From NCBI GenBank assembly GCA_024679065.1, contig JAGIQG010000004.1, positions 31,310,001-31,374,000 on the forward strand: a stretch of 64,000 nucleotides of DNA, given 5' to 3'. Shown here piece by piece: positions 40,501 through 48,305 of the stretch. The DNA is from Sphyrna mokarran (lineage: Eukaryota). Each line of letters starts with the position of its first letter. Position 1 is the first letter of the stretch. Below the pieces are notes generated by a model. That model was not told the DNA's origin. It searched no databases and was given only the letters and a program-made list of their open reading frames with translations. The translations under genes and the position numbers were made by a program.

Positions 40501-43500
40501 AATATATTGCGGATCCAATCAGAGATCAGGCTATTTTAGACCTGGTAATGTGTAATGAGCAGGTTCAATAACCAATTCCAGAGTAAAAGATTCCTGAGGA
40601 AACAGTGACCATAACATAGTGGAATTTAGCATTCAGTTTGAGAGTGAGAAACTTGCTAAACTTATATGCTAAACTTAAATAAGAGTAATTATACAGCAAC
40701 AAGGGCAGAGATGACTGGGATAGGGGAAGGAATTCAGCAGGAAGTACGGTTAATTAGCAATGACAGATGTTTATGAAAATAGTTCATGACTCAACAAAAA
40801 CATATCTCAATCAACTTCTAGGAAGGGGATAAATCAACCATGGTTAACCCAATAAAGTTAAGGGCAGTATTAAACTGAAAGAGAAAAGCATATAATGGGA
40901 CAAAGATTAATGGTAAGGCAGAGGATGAGGCATTTTCAAAAACCGACAAAAGGAGACTGAAAAAATAATAAAAAGGGGGAAGGTGAACTAGCAAATAATA
41001 TAAAACTGGACAGCAAGAGCTTCTTTAACTATATAAAAAGAGAGGTCAAAGTAAACATAGGCTCCTTAGAAAATGAGACTGGGAAAATAATAATGGGGAG
41101 CCAGGAAATGAAAAAAAACTTTGCTTCAGTGTTCATGGTAGAAGATTCTAATAGCATTCCAAAAATTCTAAGTAATCAAGGGGTAAAAGGCTGGGGGAGG
41201 AAATAAATGCAATAACTGTCACTAGAGGAAAAGTACTTGGAAAAGTAAAGAGGCAAAAGGCCAGTAAGACCTCTGGCCTTGGTGATTGCATCCAAGGATA
41301 TTAAAAGAAGTAGCTACAGAGAAACTGGATGCACTGGTAGTGACCTTCCAACAATCCTTAAATTCTGGAAAAGTCTTAGAGGATTGAAAAACTTATCCAA
41401 AATAGGAATGAGACAAAAACAGGCAAAGACAGATATCAAGCTAATTAGCTAATTAGCATTCAGTTTGAGAGTGAGAAACTTGCTAAACTTATATGCTAAA
41501 CTTAAATAAGAGTAATTATACAGCAACAAGGGCAGAGATGACTGGGATAGGGGAAGGAATTCAGCAATAGGCTAATTAGCTTGATATCTGTCTTTGGGAA
41601 AATATTAGAATTCATTGGAAAGGATACAATAGTACAGCATATAGAAATGTATAATATAATCAAGCAGAATCAACATGGCTTCATGTAGAGGAAATCATGC
41701 CTGACAAATTTATTACAATTCTTTGAGATGGCAATATGCAAATAAGATGGAGTACATATCACCAATGGATGTAATGTAATGATACATAATTGAATTTCCA
41801 AAAAGCGCTTGAAAAGGTCTTGCACAAAAGGCTACTTAATAAGATAACAGCCCCTGGTTTTGGGTTAGAATATTAGCATGGATAGAGGATTGGCTAATTG
41901 ATAAAAGACAGTAAGTTCGGGGTTAAGATGGGTATTTTCAGTTACAGAGGATAATCTGTAACTAGTGGAGTTCTTCAAGCTTAGTGCTGGGGCATCATAA
42001 TGAATATACTATTGCCAAGTTTGCAAATGGCACAAAAATAGATGAGAAGATGATAAGAATGAAGGAAGTTAATGAGGTTAACAGTTAACTTGACATGAAA
42101 ACAAAGTATCAAACAAGTAACAAGATTAGCATGCGTCTGGAGCAATAATGAGATGTGCTATACCCAATGACAAGATTAACATAAGAACTAGGAATAGGAG
42201 TAGGCCATCAATGCTCTCGTGTCTGATTTGCCATCCAATAAGATCATGGCTAACCTTTCGTTGGACTCAGCTCCACTTACCCGCCTGCTCATCATAACCT
42301 TTAATTCCATTGCTGTTCAAAAATTTATCTATCCCAGCTTTAAAAACATTCAATGAAGTAGCCTCAACTACTTCACTGGGCAGGGAACTCAACACATTCA
42401 CAACCCTTTGTGTGAAGAAGTTCCTCCTCAACTCAGTCCTAAATCTGGTCCCCCTTGTTTTGAGGCTATGCTCCCTAATTCTAGTTTCACCTGCCAGTGG
42501 AAACAACTTCCCTTCTTCTACCTTATCTATTCCCTTCATAATCTTATACGTTTCGATAAAACCTCCCCTCATTTTTCTGAATTCCAATGAATATAGCCCC
42601 AGTCTACTCAGTCATTCCTCATAGGCCAACCCTATCAACTACAGAATCAACCTAGTGAATCTTCTCTGCACCCCCTCTAGTGCCGGTATATCTTTTCCCA
42701 AGTAAGGAGATTAAACTGTACACAGTACTCCAGATATGGCCTCACCCAAACCTTACACAGCTGCAATATGACCTTGCTGTTTTTAACCTCTATCCCTCTA
42801 GCAATGGAGGACAAAATTCTATTTGCCTTCCTAATTACCTGGTGCACCTACAAACCAACACCTTGTGATTCTTGCACAAGGACACCGAAGTCCCGTTGCA
42901 CAGCTGGGACCTGCATGTTGCAATTTTTTACCATTTAATAGAGCATTTTGCTGTTACTCTGACCACAATGGATGACCTCACATTTACCAACATTGTACTC
43001 CATCTGCTAGATCCCACCTGCTCACTTAGACTATTTATATCCCTTTGCAAACTGTCAGCATTCTCTGCACACTTTGCTCTGCCACTCATCTGCAAATTTT
43101 GACTATATTTGGTCTCCAACTCCAAATCATTTATGTAAATTGTAAATGATTGTGGTCCCAACACTGATCCCTGAAGCACATCACTAGTCACTGATCGCCA
43201 ACCAGAAAAACACCCATTTACCCCACTCTTTGCTTTCTGTTAGTTAACCAATCCTCTATCCATGCTAATACACTACCCATAACACCATGCATCTTTATCT
43301 TATGCAGCAATCTTTGGTGCAGCACTTGTCAAATGTCTTCCGAAAATCCAATTACACCACATTCACAGATTTCCCATTGTCCACTGCATATGTAATGTTC
43401 TCAAAGAATTCCACCAAATTAGTCAAACATGACCCGCCCTTCATGAAGCCATTCTGCGTCTTACCAATAATTTATATCCAGATGTCTCACTATTTCTAAC

Positions 43501-46500
43501 TTGATGGCAAATTCAAGCATTTTCCTTACTACAGAAATTAAACTAACCAGTCTATAGTTACTCACCTTTTGTCTACCTCCTTTTTTTTTTTAAAACAATC
43601 GCATCACATTTGCTGTCTTCAATCTGCAGGAAACATCCCAGAGTCCAGTGAATTTTTGTAAATTACCACTAGTGCATTTGCTATTTCCTCCGCCATCTCT
43701 TTTAATCCCCTGGAATGCATTCCATCAGAGTCAGGAGACTTGTCCACCTTTAGCCTCATTAGCTTGCCCAACACTACCTCTTTTGTGATAATGATAGGTG
43801 AGGACCTGGAAACTATCATAATCTTCCTGTCATCAATTTTTGACATGTTATTTGTTCTTCCACTGTGAAGACCAACACAAAATACCTGTTCAATGCCTCA
43901 GCCATTTTCTGATTTCCAGTTATTACATTCTCCTTCTCATCCTCAAAAGACCCGTACTTACTTTAGCCACTCTTTTCTGTTTTATATATTTGTAGAAACT
44001 TTTGCTATCTGTTTTTATATTCTGACCTTGTTTACTCTCATATCCCATTTTACTTTGCTTTATGGGTTTTTTATGGCTTTCTGTTGTTCTTTAAAGATTT
44101 CCCAATCCTCTAGTTTCTCACTAATTTTTGCCACTTTGTGTGCCTTTTCTTTCAATTTGATACCCTTATTTATTTTCTTAGATATCCATAGCTTATTATT
44201 TCTTTTCCTACAGCCCTTCCTTATTACTGGTCTATACTTTTGCTGAATACTGTGAAAGATCGCTTTGAAAGTTCTCCACTGTTCCTCAATTGTCCCATCA
44301 TAAAACTTTTGCTCCCCGTCAACCTGAGCCAATGTCTTCCTCATCCCTTTGAAGTCTCCTATGTTTAAGCACAAGACACTATTATTGGATTTTACCTTCT
44401 CATGCTCACCTGTATTTTAAATTCAACTATATTGTGATTCCTTCTTTTCAGAGGATCTCTAACTATAAGATCATTAATTATTCCTGGCTCATTACACAAG
44501 ACCAGATCCAGGATAGCTTGCCCCCTTACTGGTTCCATTACATACTGTCAAGGAAGCTATCACGGATACATTCTATGAACTTCTTCTCAAGGCTGCCTTA
44601 ACCGACCTGGATTGACCAATTGATATGTAGATTAAAATCCCTCATGATAATTGCTCTACCATTTTTACATGCATCAGTTAATTGTTTATTTCTCGCTTCA
44701 CCATGATATTATTTGGTGGCCTATAAACTACGTCTATCAGTGACTTTTTCTCCTCATCATTTCTAATTTCCACCCAAATGGATTCAACCTTTTTTGTCCA
44801 TAGAACCTATATCATCTCTCACTATCACCCTGATGTCATCCTTAAACATTAGAGTTATACCCTTACCTTCCTGTCAGACCCTCTGAACAGTCTGATACCC
44901 CTGCATAGTTAACTCCCAGTTGACACCTGCAATCATCTCTCTGTAATGGCCATTAAAACATATTCTTTCGCAATGATTTGTGCCATCAACTCATTTACCT
45001 TGTTTTGAATGCTACGGGCGTTCAGATAAAATGCCCCATGCTAGTTTTTGCAGCTTCTTTTTGAATTCTAACACTTTGATTCATAATATCTCCTGAGTTT
45101 TCCTTCCTTTTAGCTTTTTTCCTGATTTTTGATTTAGTTGGAACCTTCTCCCATGTTTTGTCCTTGCTCCTTCTTTCTCAGACTTCTTATAAAGGTTCTC
45201 ATCCTCCTTGCATATTAGTTTGAACCCTCCCTGACTGCTCCAGCAAACACTCCCCCTAGGACATCAGTCCCAGTCCTGCTCAGATATAACCTGTCAATGT
45301 GTACAGGGCCCACCTCTTCTAGAACTGGTCCCAATGCCCCAGGAATCTGAAACCATCCCCCTCACAATTAGCAGGTGTCTAGAGAAATTGAAGTTCGAAT
45401 TGGCATTTCAGAAGAAACTTCTAAACAGCGATCAGTGGGCTATACAAATGATAAATTCTAAAAGCAAGGAATTGGACAGAAGTTTACAGGGTGAAATACA
45501 AAACCAGCTGAACAATATGAAGGAATTCTCCCAAAAAAAAGTCAGTGCTGAATTTGTGGGAAAAATCATGGTTGTTTTTTCTCCCATACTCTGTGCAATC
45601 TAGAGGTCACAATCAAGAATATCATTAAAAGCTTGGAGGGGCAGGCTCTATTTATGCCAGAGTCTGACAGTTCCAGAACTCTGTGCATGCACAGTGACTC
45701 TAACCTGTCAGCCTTCAGCTTACTGGCCAGCCTGGACCCTCGCACTGCTCCCTCACAGTTCCCATCATGGCCTGACTGTGGCCTCTATAAGCATTCCTGG
45801 TCCAACGCACCAACCTGCCCTCCCCCACTGGCCAGAATGCTCCAATCTCTAACAACCCCCTCTATCCCACCCCAATCACTGCCCTCCTTCCAGCCTCAGC
45901 CAGATCCCAATGCAGAATGACCTCCCCATTTCCACCAATTGCCCAGAGGCCCTACCCCCTCAGCCCCATCGCCTTGGTACTACCATGGACAGTTCCACAG
46001 TACCCCCCAGGACATAGACACTTTGCCCCTTGCACAAATGGTATGATGACCTTCATTGAGAGGATTTGAGTACAGGGATAGGGATGTTTTGCTGCTATTG
46101 TACAAGGCCTTGGTGAGGCCACATCTGGAGTATTGTGTGCAGTTTTATGTCCTTATCTGAGGAAGGATGTCTTTGTTATAGAGGGAGTACAGCGAAGGTT
46201 TACCAGGCTAATTCCTGGGATGGCGTCATAGAAGTTTACAGCATGCATTTAGGATTATATTCAAAGAACAAAGAAAATTGCAGCACAGGAAACAGGACCT
46301 TTGGTCCTCCGAGCCGAATTCATTGGGTTTTAGAAGAGTGAAGGGAAAATCTCATGGAAAGTTATAAAATTCTAACAGGGTTAGACAGTAGATTCAGAAA
46401 GAATATTCCTAATGGTGGGGAGTCCAGAACTAGTTTGAGCCTAAGGGGTAAAACCTTTTAGAACTGAGATGAGGAGAAATGTTTTCATCCAGAGAGTGTT

Positions 46501-47076
46501 GGATGTGTGGAATTCACTATCATAGAAAGCAGTTGAGGTCAAAACGTTTGTGTGATTTCAAGAAGAAATTAGATACAGCTCTTGGGGTCTAAAGGGAACA
46601 AGTGCAACAGGTGGGGGGTGGGGGCTGGTGGAGAGACAAGGATATGGAATATAATGATCAGCCAGGGTCCTAATGAATGATAGTGCAGGCTTGAAGGGCC
46701 GGAGAGACTACTTCTGCTTCTAGTTTTCAACTAAAACTAGAAACTAAAAACTAGTTTTCAACAATACAGTCACAATCATTTGTTTTCCATCTTCTGAAGA
46801 TAATTGTTAAAACTGTTAAATCTTCAGGAAAGCAATTGTTTTGGCAATACTGCAATATACCAATTATTAGATTTATTGTATTATTAATAACTTTAGCCAG
46901 AATAATTATCCATCGTTCCCCCCTCTGTAGATTGAATCCTTAGAACGAAAGCTGAATTTAACTCGGCCAGAGGCAAATGACTGCCTTGTTTGTAGCAACA
47001 AAAGCGAAGGGCGTGTTCACTTACCTGCTACGGAAACAATGCAAAACGTCGTGAATTCTGTTAGAAAGTACCTCAT
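4443..47076 (-). CDS. Predicted 13-exon gene: type I transmembrane Ig receptor fused to an NLR (SP-IgV-IgC1-TM-intracellular Ig-CARD-NACHT-LRR), 1313 aa
   Basis: Exons 47025-47076, 38647-38985, 33352-33681, 30390-30497, 28131-28559, 26265-26702, 19408-21145, 16525-16611, 15561-15644, 14215-14298, 12081-12164, 6693-6776, 4443-4527. All introns GT-AG; first six phase 1, last six phase 2; total 3942 nt = 1314 codons with a single terminal TAA. Joining the Ig and NLR halves is inference from phases. Confidence 0.78.
5060..5400 (-). mobile_element. CR1 LINE 3' tail fragment
   Basis: atagaatcat..gaggccattcggtccatcgtgtct tail motif with a decayed ORF2 end. Confidence 0.6.
6693..6776 (-). CDS. LRR exon: RLGDNDITERGSDYFKSALGVNDTLEEL
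   Basis: 84 nt, phase 2-2; acceptor ttcttgtttgcag, donor TG|GTAAGA. Confidence 0.92.
6934..7256 (+). mobile_element. HE1/V-SINE-type tRNA-derived SINE
   Basis: ggcggcatggtggcacagtggttaacac head (A box), V core gtgggtttcctctgggtgttctggtttcc, tail gattctatgattct. Confidence 0.85.
7553..7580 (+). repeat. (GT)n microsatellite
   Basis: Direct observation. Confidence 0.9.
8130..8822 (-). mobile_element. LINE 3' fragment (CR1/L2 group)
   Basis: ORF MEYFSLAWMSAAPTVLKKLDTIQDKAIHLIG; the same family recurs at about 27410-27670. Confidence 0.75.
9478..10406. mobile_element. Non-autonomous PIF/Harbinger-type element
   Basis: Imperfect 16-bp TIRs (gggagtgattctccca ... tgggagaatcacccag) flanked on both sides by TAA (9475-9477, 10407-10409). 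Confidence 0.7.
12081..12164 (-). CDS. LRR exon: GLQFNKIGDEGAKYMAQAIKTNCSLVEL
   Basis: 84 nt, phase 2-2; acceptor tttgtcctatttcag, donor AG|GTAAGT. Confidence 0.94.
14215..14298 (-). CDS. LRR exon: GLRANTVRAKGAHLIAKALEINTTLRVL
   Basis: 84 nt, phase 2-2; acceptor ctttattttctccag, donor GG|GTATGT. Confidence 0.92.
14423..15558. mobile_element. Nested cluster: SINE (+; 14423-14555 and 15396-15558) split by a CR1 3' end (-; ~14560-15400), itself split by a V-SINE (+; ~15088-15352)
   Basis: Outer SINE resumes at atgaaaccattgtcg; CR1 sequence (..ggcctcaccaacaccctgt | aattgcaacaaaacctccc..) continues across the inner SINE. Confidence 0.7.
15561..15644 (-). CDS. LRR exon: RLKHNSIGEKGAAQIAEALKTNSSLKTL
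   Basis: 84 nt, phase 2-2, NLRC3/NOD-type LRR; ttcacag acceptor, GG|GTATGT donor. Confidence 0.93.
16525..16611 (-). CDS. LRR exon: SLEGNMLEDEGAEIIANALKSEKCRIEIL
   Basis: 87 nt, phase 2-2, ribonuclease-inhibitor-type LxxNxLxDxGxxxIxxAL; ttacag acceptor, AG|GTAAAA donor. Confidence 0.92.
17305..17830. mobile_element. Element with ~100-bp imperfect terminal inverted repeats (MITE-like), inside an old L2-like fragment
   Basis: tcttgcattcattagaacatttcgcaagaataccagta..agagtgctgattggttggcaa is mirrored by ttgccaatcaaacagcactct..tactggtattctcgcaaagtgtctgatgaatgcaaga. Confidence 0.65.
18270..18660 (-). mobile_element. Old SINE (DeuSINE-like)
   Basis: ttgcatttata..cagccaatgaagtactttt..aatgtag..ttcccac tail motif; related pieces at ~37050-37180 and ~49590-49830. 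Confidence 0.5.
19408..21145 (-). CDS. Exon 7: NACHT NTPase (FISNA-like lead-in, NBD, HD1, WHD, HD2) plus first LRRs; NLRC3/NOD-like
   Basis: Walker A GVAGIGKS, Walker B LFLFDGLDE, sensor 1 LLTSRP, EILGFS, CYVPAFC, winged-helix FFHLTHQEFFAALY; acceptor tttcctcttgtaattacag (phase 1), donor AG|GTATTA (phase 2); 1738 nt. Confidence 0.95.
22090..22465 (+). mobile_element. CR1 LINE 3' fragment
   Basis: Decayed RKDVIALEGMQRRFTRMLPG..RLGLFS..RRLRG..FFTQRV pattern. Confidence 0.85.
22473..24245 (+). mobile_element. V-SINE (head ~22473-22562, body ~23991-24245) interrupted by a ~1.4-kb nested insertion, including a Harbinger-like element with G-rich ctgatcgttgtctgg tandem units (~23050-23510)
   Basis: SINE head stops at ggtctgtgtgga and a body resumes at cactgtgtcggtgtgcagtttgcacattctccc; the insert ends ggtaaaatcaggccc. 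Confidence 0.55.
25300..25935. mobile_element. Harbinger-like non-autonomous remnant with poly-G/(GT)n/(CT)n tract at 25543-25597
   Basis: Shares ctggca/gtgcc-type motifs with the 9478-10406 element; simple repeats seen directly. Confidence 0.5.
26265..26702 (-). CDS. Exon 6: CARD (death-fold) domain plus linker
   Basis: IEEGRRIVVNYISPNILPLLKLLMSKRIISEDDHDVI...KGRTLLDMMSHRGQQSCAEFLKVLQD..LYPGL follows the CARD helical pattern (LLD...G..SC..FL..L); NAGNAG acceptor ttcTTAG/CAG, donor AAG|GTAAAT; 438 nt, phase 1-1. Confidence 0.87.
28131..28559 (-). CDS. Exon 5: atypical C1-like Ig domain C-terminal to the TM (predicted cytoplasmic)
   Basis: VSPTVTDI...LVCAVLWFKPKAISVSWY...NGAYSLISQLTI...YSFEVQH; F-strand Cys replaced by Phe; long internal insert; acceptor ttctctttatttttcag, donor AAG|GTGAGT; 429 nt, phase 1-1. 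Confidence 0.88.
28790..29260 (+). mobile_element. CR1 LINE internal fragment
   Basis: Decayed KSPG..EVALEIVDALVVIFQDS..SQH..KSCLT..VYLDFQK. Confidence 0.8.
29840..30245 (+). mobile_element. CR1 LINE 3' end
   Basis: FRRVRGD..RVENLWNS motif and tail ctcctatatcttatgaacttatg. Confidence 0.8.
30390..30497 (-). CDS. Exon 4: transmembrane exon GSRTRSRT-FLLTFLLTSMITAAVCFATIILY-SSKRK
   Basis: 23 uncharged, mostly hydrophobic residues followed by a basic KRK stop-transfer; acceptor ttttgcatttgtatag, donor AAG|GTGAAT; 108 nt, phase 1-1. Not in the ORF track. Confidence 0.82.
31360..31872 (-). mobile_element. Young 5'-truncated CR1 LINE
   Basis: Uninterrupted 141-aa ORF2 C-terminus (QFWSPHYKKDVEALERVQRRFTRMLPG..FFTQRVVREWNALP) plus a tandem atagaac tail. 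Confidence 0.92.
33352..33681 (-). CDS. Exon 3: C1-set Ig domain
   Basis: VPPTVSV...IICEMKRFYPEAHSISW...NQDGTF...YVCEISHEAL, with C1-set CxxxxFYP and YxCxxxH motifs; acceptor ttttcttggtag, donor G|GTGAGT; 330 nt, phase 1-1. Confidence 0.92.
34115..34422 (-). mobile_element. HE1/V-SINE-type SINE
   Basis: Reverse-complement head (ggcagcagtgctaaccactg), V core and tail; a second head (+) follows at ~34435-34525. Confidence 0.85.
34950..35142 (+). repeat. Minisatellite, ~39-bp unit, ~5 copies
   Basis: Unit approximately ttcctacaattctatctatatccataactattcctagta. Confidence 0.8.
35765..36040 (+). mobile_element. HE1/V-SINE-type SINE
   Basis: gcacggtggcacagtgattagcac head, V core, cacagtaacttcattgcag tail. 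Confidence 0.8.
36200..36800 (-). mobile_element. L2-clade LINE 3' fragment
   Basis: ORF LTDLFWFQLKQHFDFKIFVLVFKSLHGLSPSYL resembles the L2 ORF2 C-terminal motif (LHWLP..FK..L.FK.LHGLAP.YL). Confidence 0.75.
37448..38261 (+). mobile_element. Possible solo LTR inserted in CR1 remnants
   Basis: TGTT...AACA ends, CCAAT-rich middle, AATAAA at ~38172, CR1 pieces on both sides; no clean TSD found. Confidence 0.35.
38647..38985 (-). CDS. Exon 2: V-set Ig domain (B7/NCR3LG1/tapasin-like)
   Basis: GEDILLSC...IEW...ASLLLKNVTIQDVGSYSC with canonical C, W and DxGxYxC; N-glycosylation sequons NAT, NAS, NVT; acceptor ttttttaatgcag, donor G|GTATGT; 339 nt, phase 1-1. Confidence 0.92.
39283..39358 (+). repeat. 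Poly-G plus (GT)n simple repeat
   Basis: Direct observation. Confidence 0.9.
39600..42055 (+). mobile_element. Heavily decayed CR1 LINE (endonuclease to RT), with a SINE 3' part inserted at ~39875-40070
   Basis: Decayed YDLIAI.E, ESMWVEVRN, GVVCRPP, GNSDHNIVEF, QHGFM..KSCLTNLL, AKFA motifs. Confidence 0.85.
42180..45362 (-). mobile_element. Long decayed CR1 LINE (most of ORF2 plus tail)
   Basis: KVDKSP..MHSR.LKEMAEEIANAL, SDVLQGSVLGPQSFTIYINDL, FFTQRVVN; tail aacataagaactaggaataggagtaggcc. Confidence 0.9.
46040..46720 (+). mobile_element. CR1 LINE 3' end
   Basis: Decayed LLLLYKALVRPHLEYCVQF..RVLDVWNSL. Confidence 0.85.
47025..47076 (-). CDS. Exon 1: signal peptide MRYFLTEFTTFCIVSVA
   Basis: ATG at 47076, short hydrophobic stretch, consensus donor G|GTAAGT, phase 1 matching the IgV acceptor (..VSVA-A-SLEV). 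Not in the ORF track. Confidence 0.75.
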
Positions 47077-47400
47077 TCTTCCATCTGTCTTGCTTTAAAA
47101 CGGATTGTGAAAGGCGCGGGGGTGGGAGGGGGTGGGTGTGGTCTTTCCGGTATGATTTCTAGTCGGGTAAACCAAAGTGCGCAGCAGCTTGAACAAAAAC
47201 GAAAGTGATAGAAGCAGAAGTACGCATTTGTAGTATTTATCTCCAAAATCCGGAAGAGCGCGGGTGCAATTGAAGGATGATGTGTCATTTCATTGCATCT
47301 CAACAATTGCAAATACAAAGAACATGCTGAGAAAAAAACCTGCCGAGGTTTTTCCTCCCAGCAGTTTCAGTTTTCGTTTCAGATTTGCAGCATTTTGCTT
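47077..47400 (-). promoter_or_regulatory. Putative promoter/5'UTR of the Ig-NLR gene, with a GC box and ISRE-like motifs
   Basis: Local CpG enrichment; GGCGCGGGGGTGGGAGGGGGTGGG near 47113-47136; AAAACGAAAGTG at 47196-47207; AGTTTCAGTTTTCGTTTC at 47363-47380. Confidence 0.5.
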
Positions 47401-47981
47401 TAGAAAATGAAAAAAGCTTTGTCAAACTCCCCATGAAGACTCTACTAGTTTAAAGAGGAACATTACGATGTAGAGAGGGAGGGAGACAATTTGAATTTTT
47501 ATTAATTTCTTAAAGTTACAGAACCAATGGGCTGAGTGGACAGCAAGGCATGCCCTTAAATCCCTCTCCCAGCTTGCTCCAAAAAGCAATTCAAATTGAC
47601 TTAATTTACGGTCCCCACTAGAGAGATGGGCAATGGGAGCACGGTGCTGAGCCCTGCTGCCTCAGCGCCAAGTTTCGCCTCGGCAGGTTTTTTCTCAGCA
47701 TTTTCCCATTTTCTATCACTTTTTCGTTTTTCTTCAAGCTGCTGTGCCTCTTTTCACCACACAATCAGCAATTTATGCTTCAACCAGATGAGCCTTGCTT
47801 GCACTATGGAAGTCTCTCGGCTTTCCGATCCTTTTTACTAGCCTCCTTAAAATTCACCTATTTGACCTGAATGTCTTCTTTATTGCCTCATTTCTTTTTA
47901 TATCTCTGTGGAAGGCACTGGGCAATATTTCTATGTTAAATGTATGTAGATGCATGTTGTTAGTGCTTTCAACATAAATCA

Positions 47982-47987
47982 TTTATT
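47982..47987 (-). terminator. Candidate POP4 polyadenylation signal AATAAA
   Basis: tttatt on the + strand about 320 nt downstream of the POP4 stop codon; usage not verified. Confidence 0.5.
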
Positions 47988-48305
47988 TTTAGCTTCTATA
48001 TTTTAATGAACTTTAACAAAAGCAGACAGTAAAAACTATTTTCAGTATGTGGTAATTCACAGTGAAAAGATAATGTACATGAAGGTACATTTACTAAATG
48101 CTGTGGGAATCCTTTCATTGCTCAGCAATGAGTGTAAGGAATCTGATAGGATTTTTCTTACTAAACTTCCTGCACAATTCCCTAACAGACAAGATGATCA
48201 ATACATGTTTCCACTGATCGAACTGAACATGCATTTCTTCCAGTGAAGCTGTCGAGAAATCAATGACTTCAGCAGTAATTGGACATCAGCTGCACCACTC
48301 TGGAT

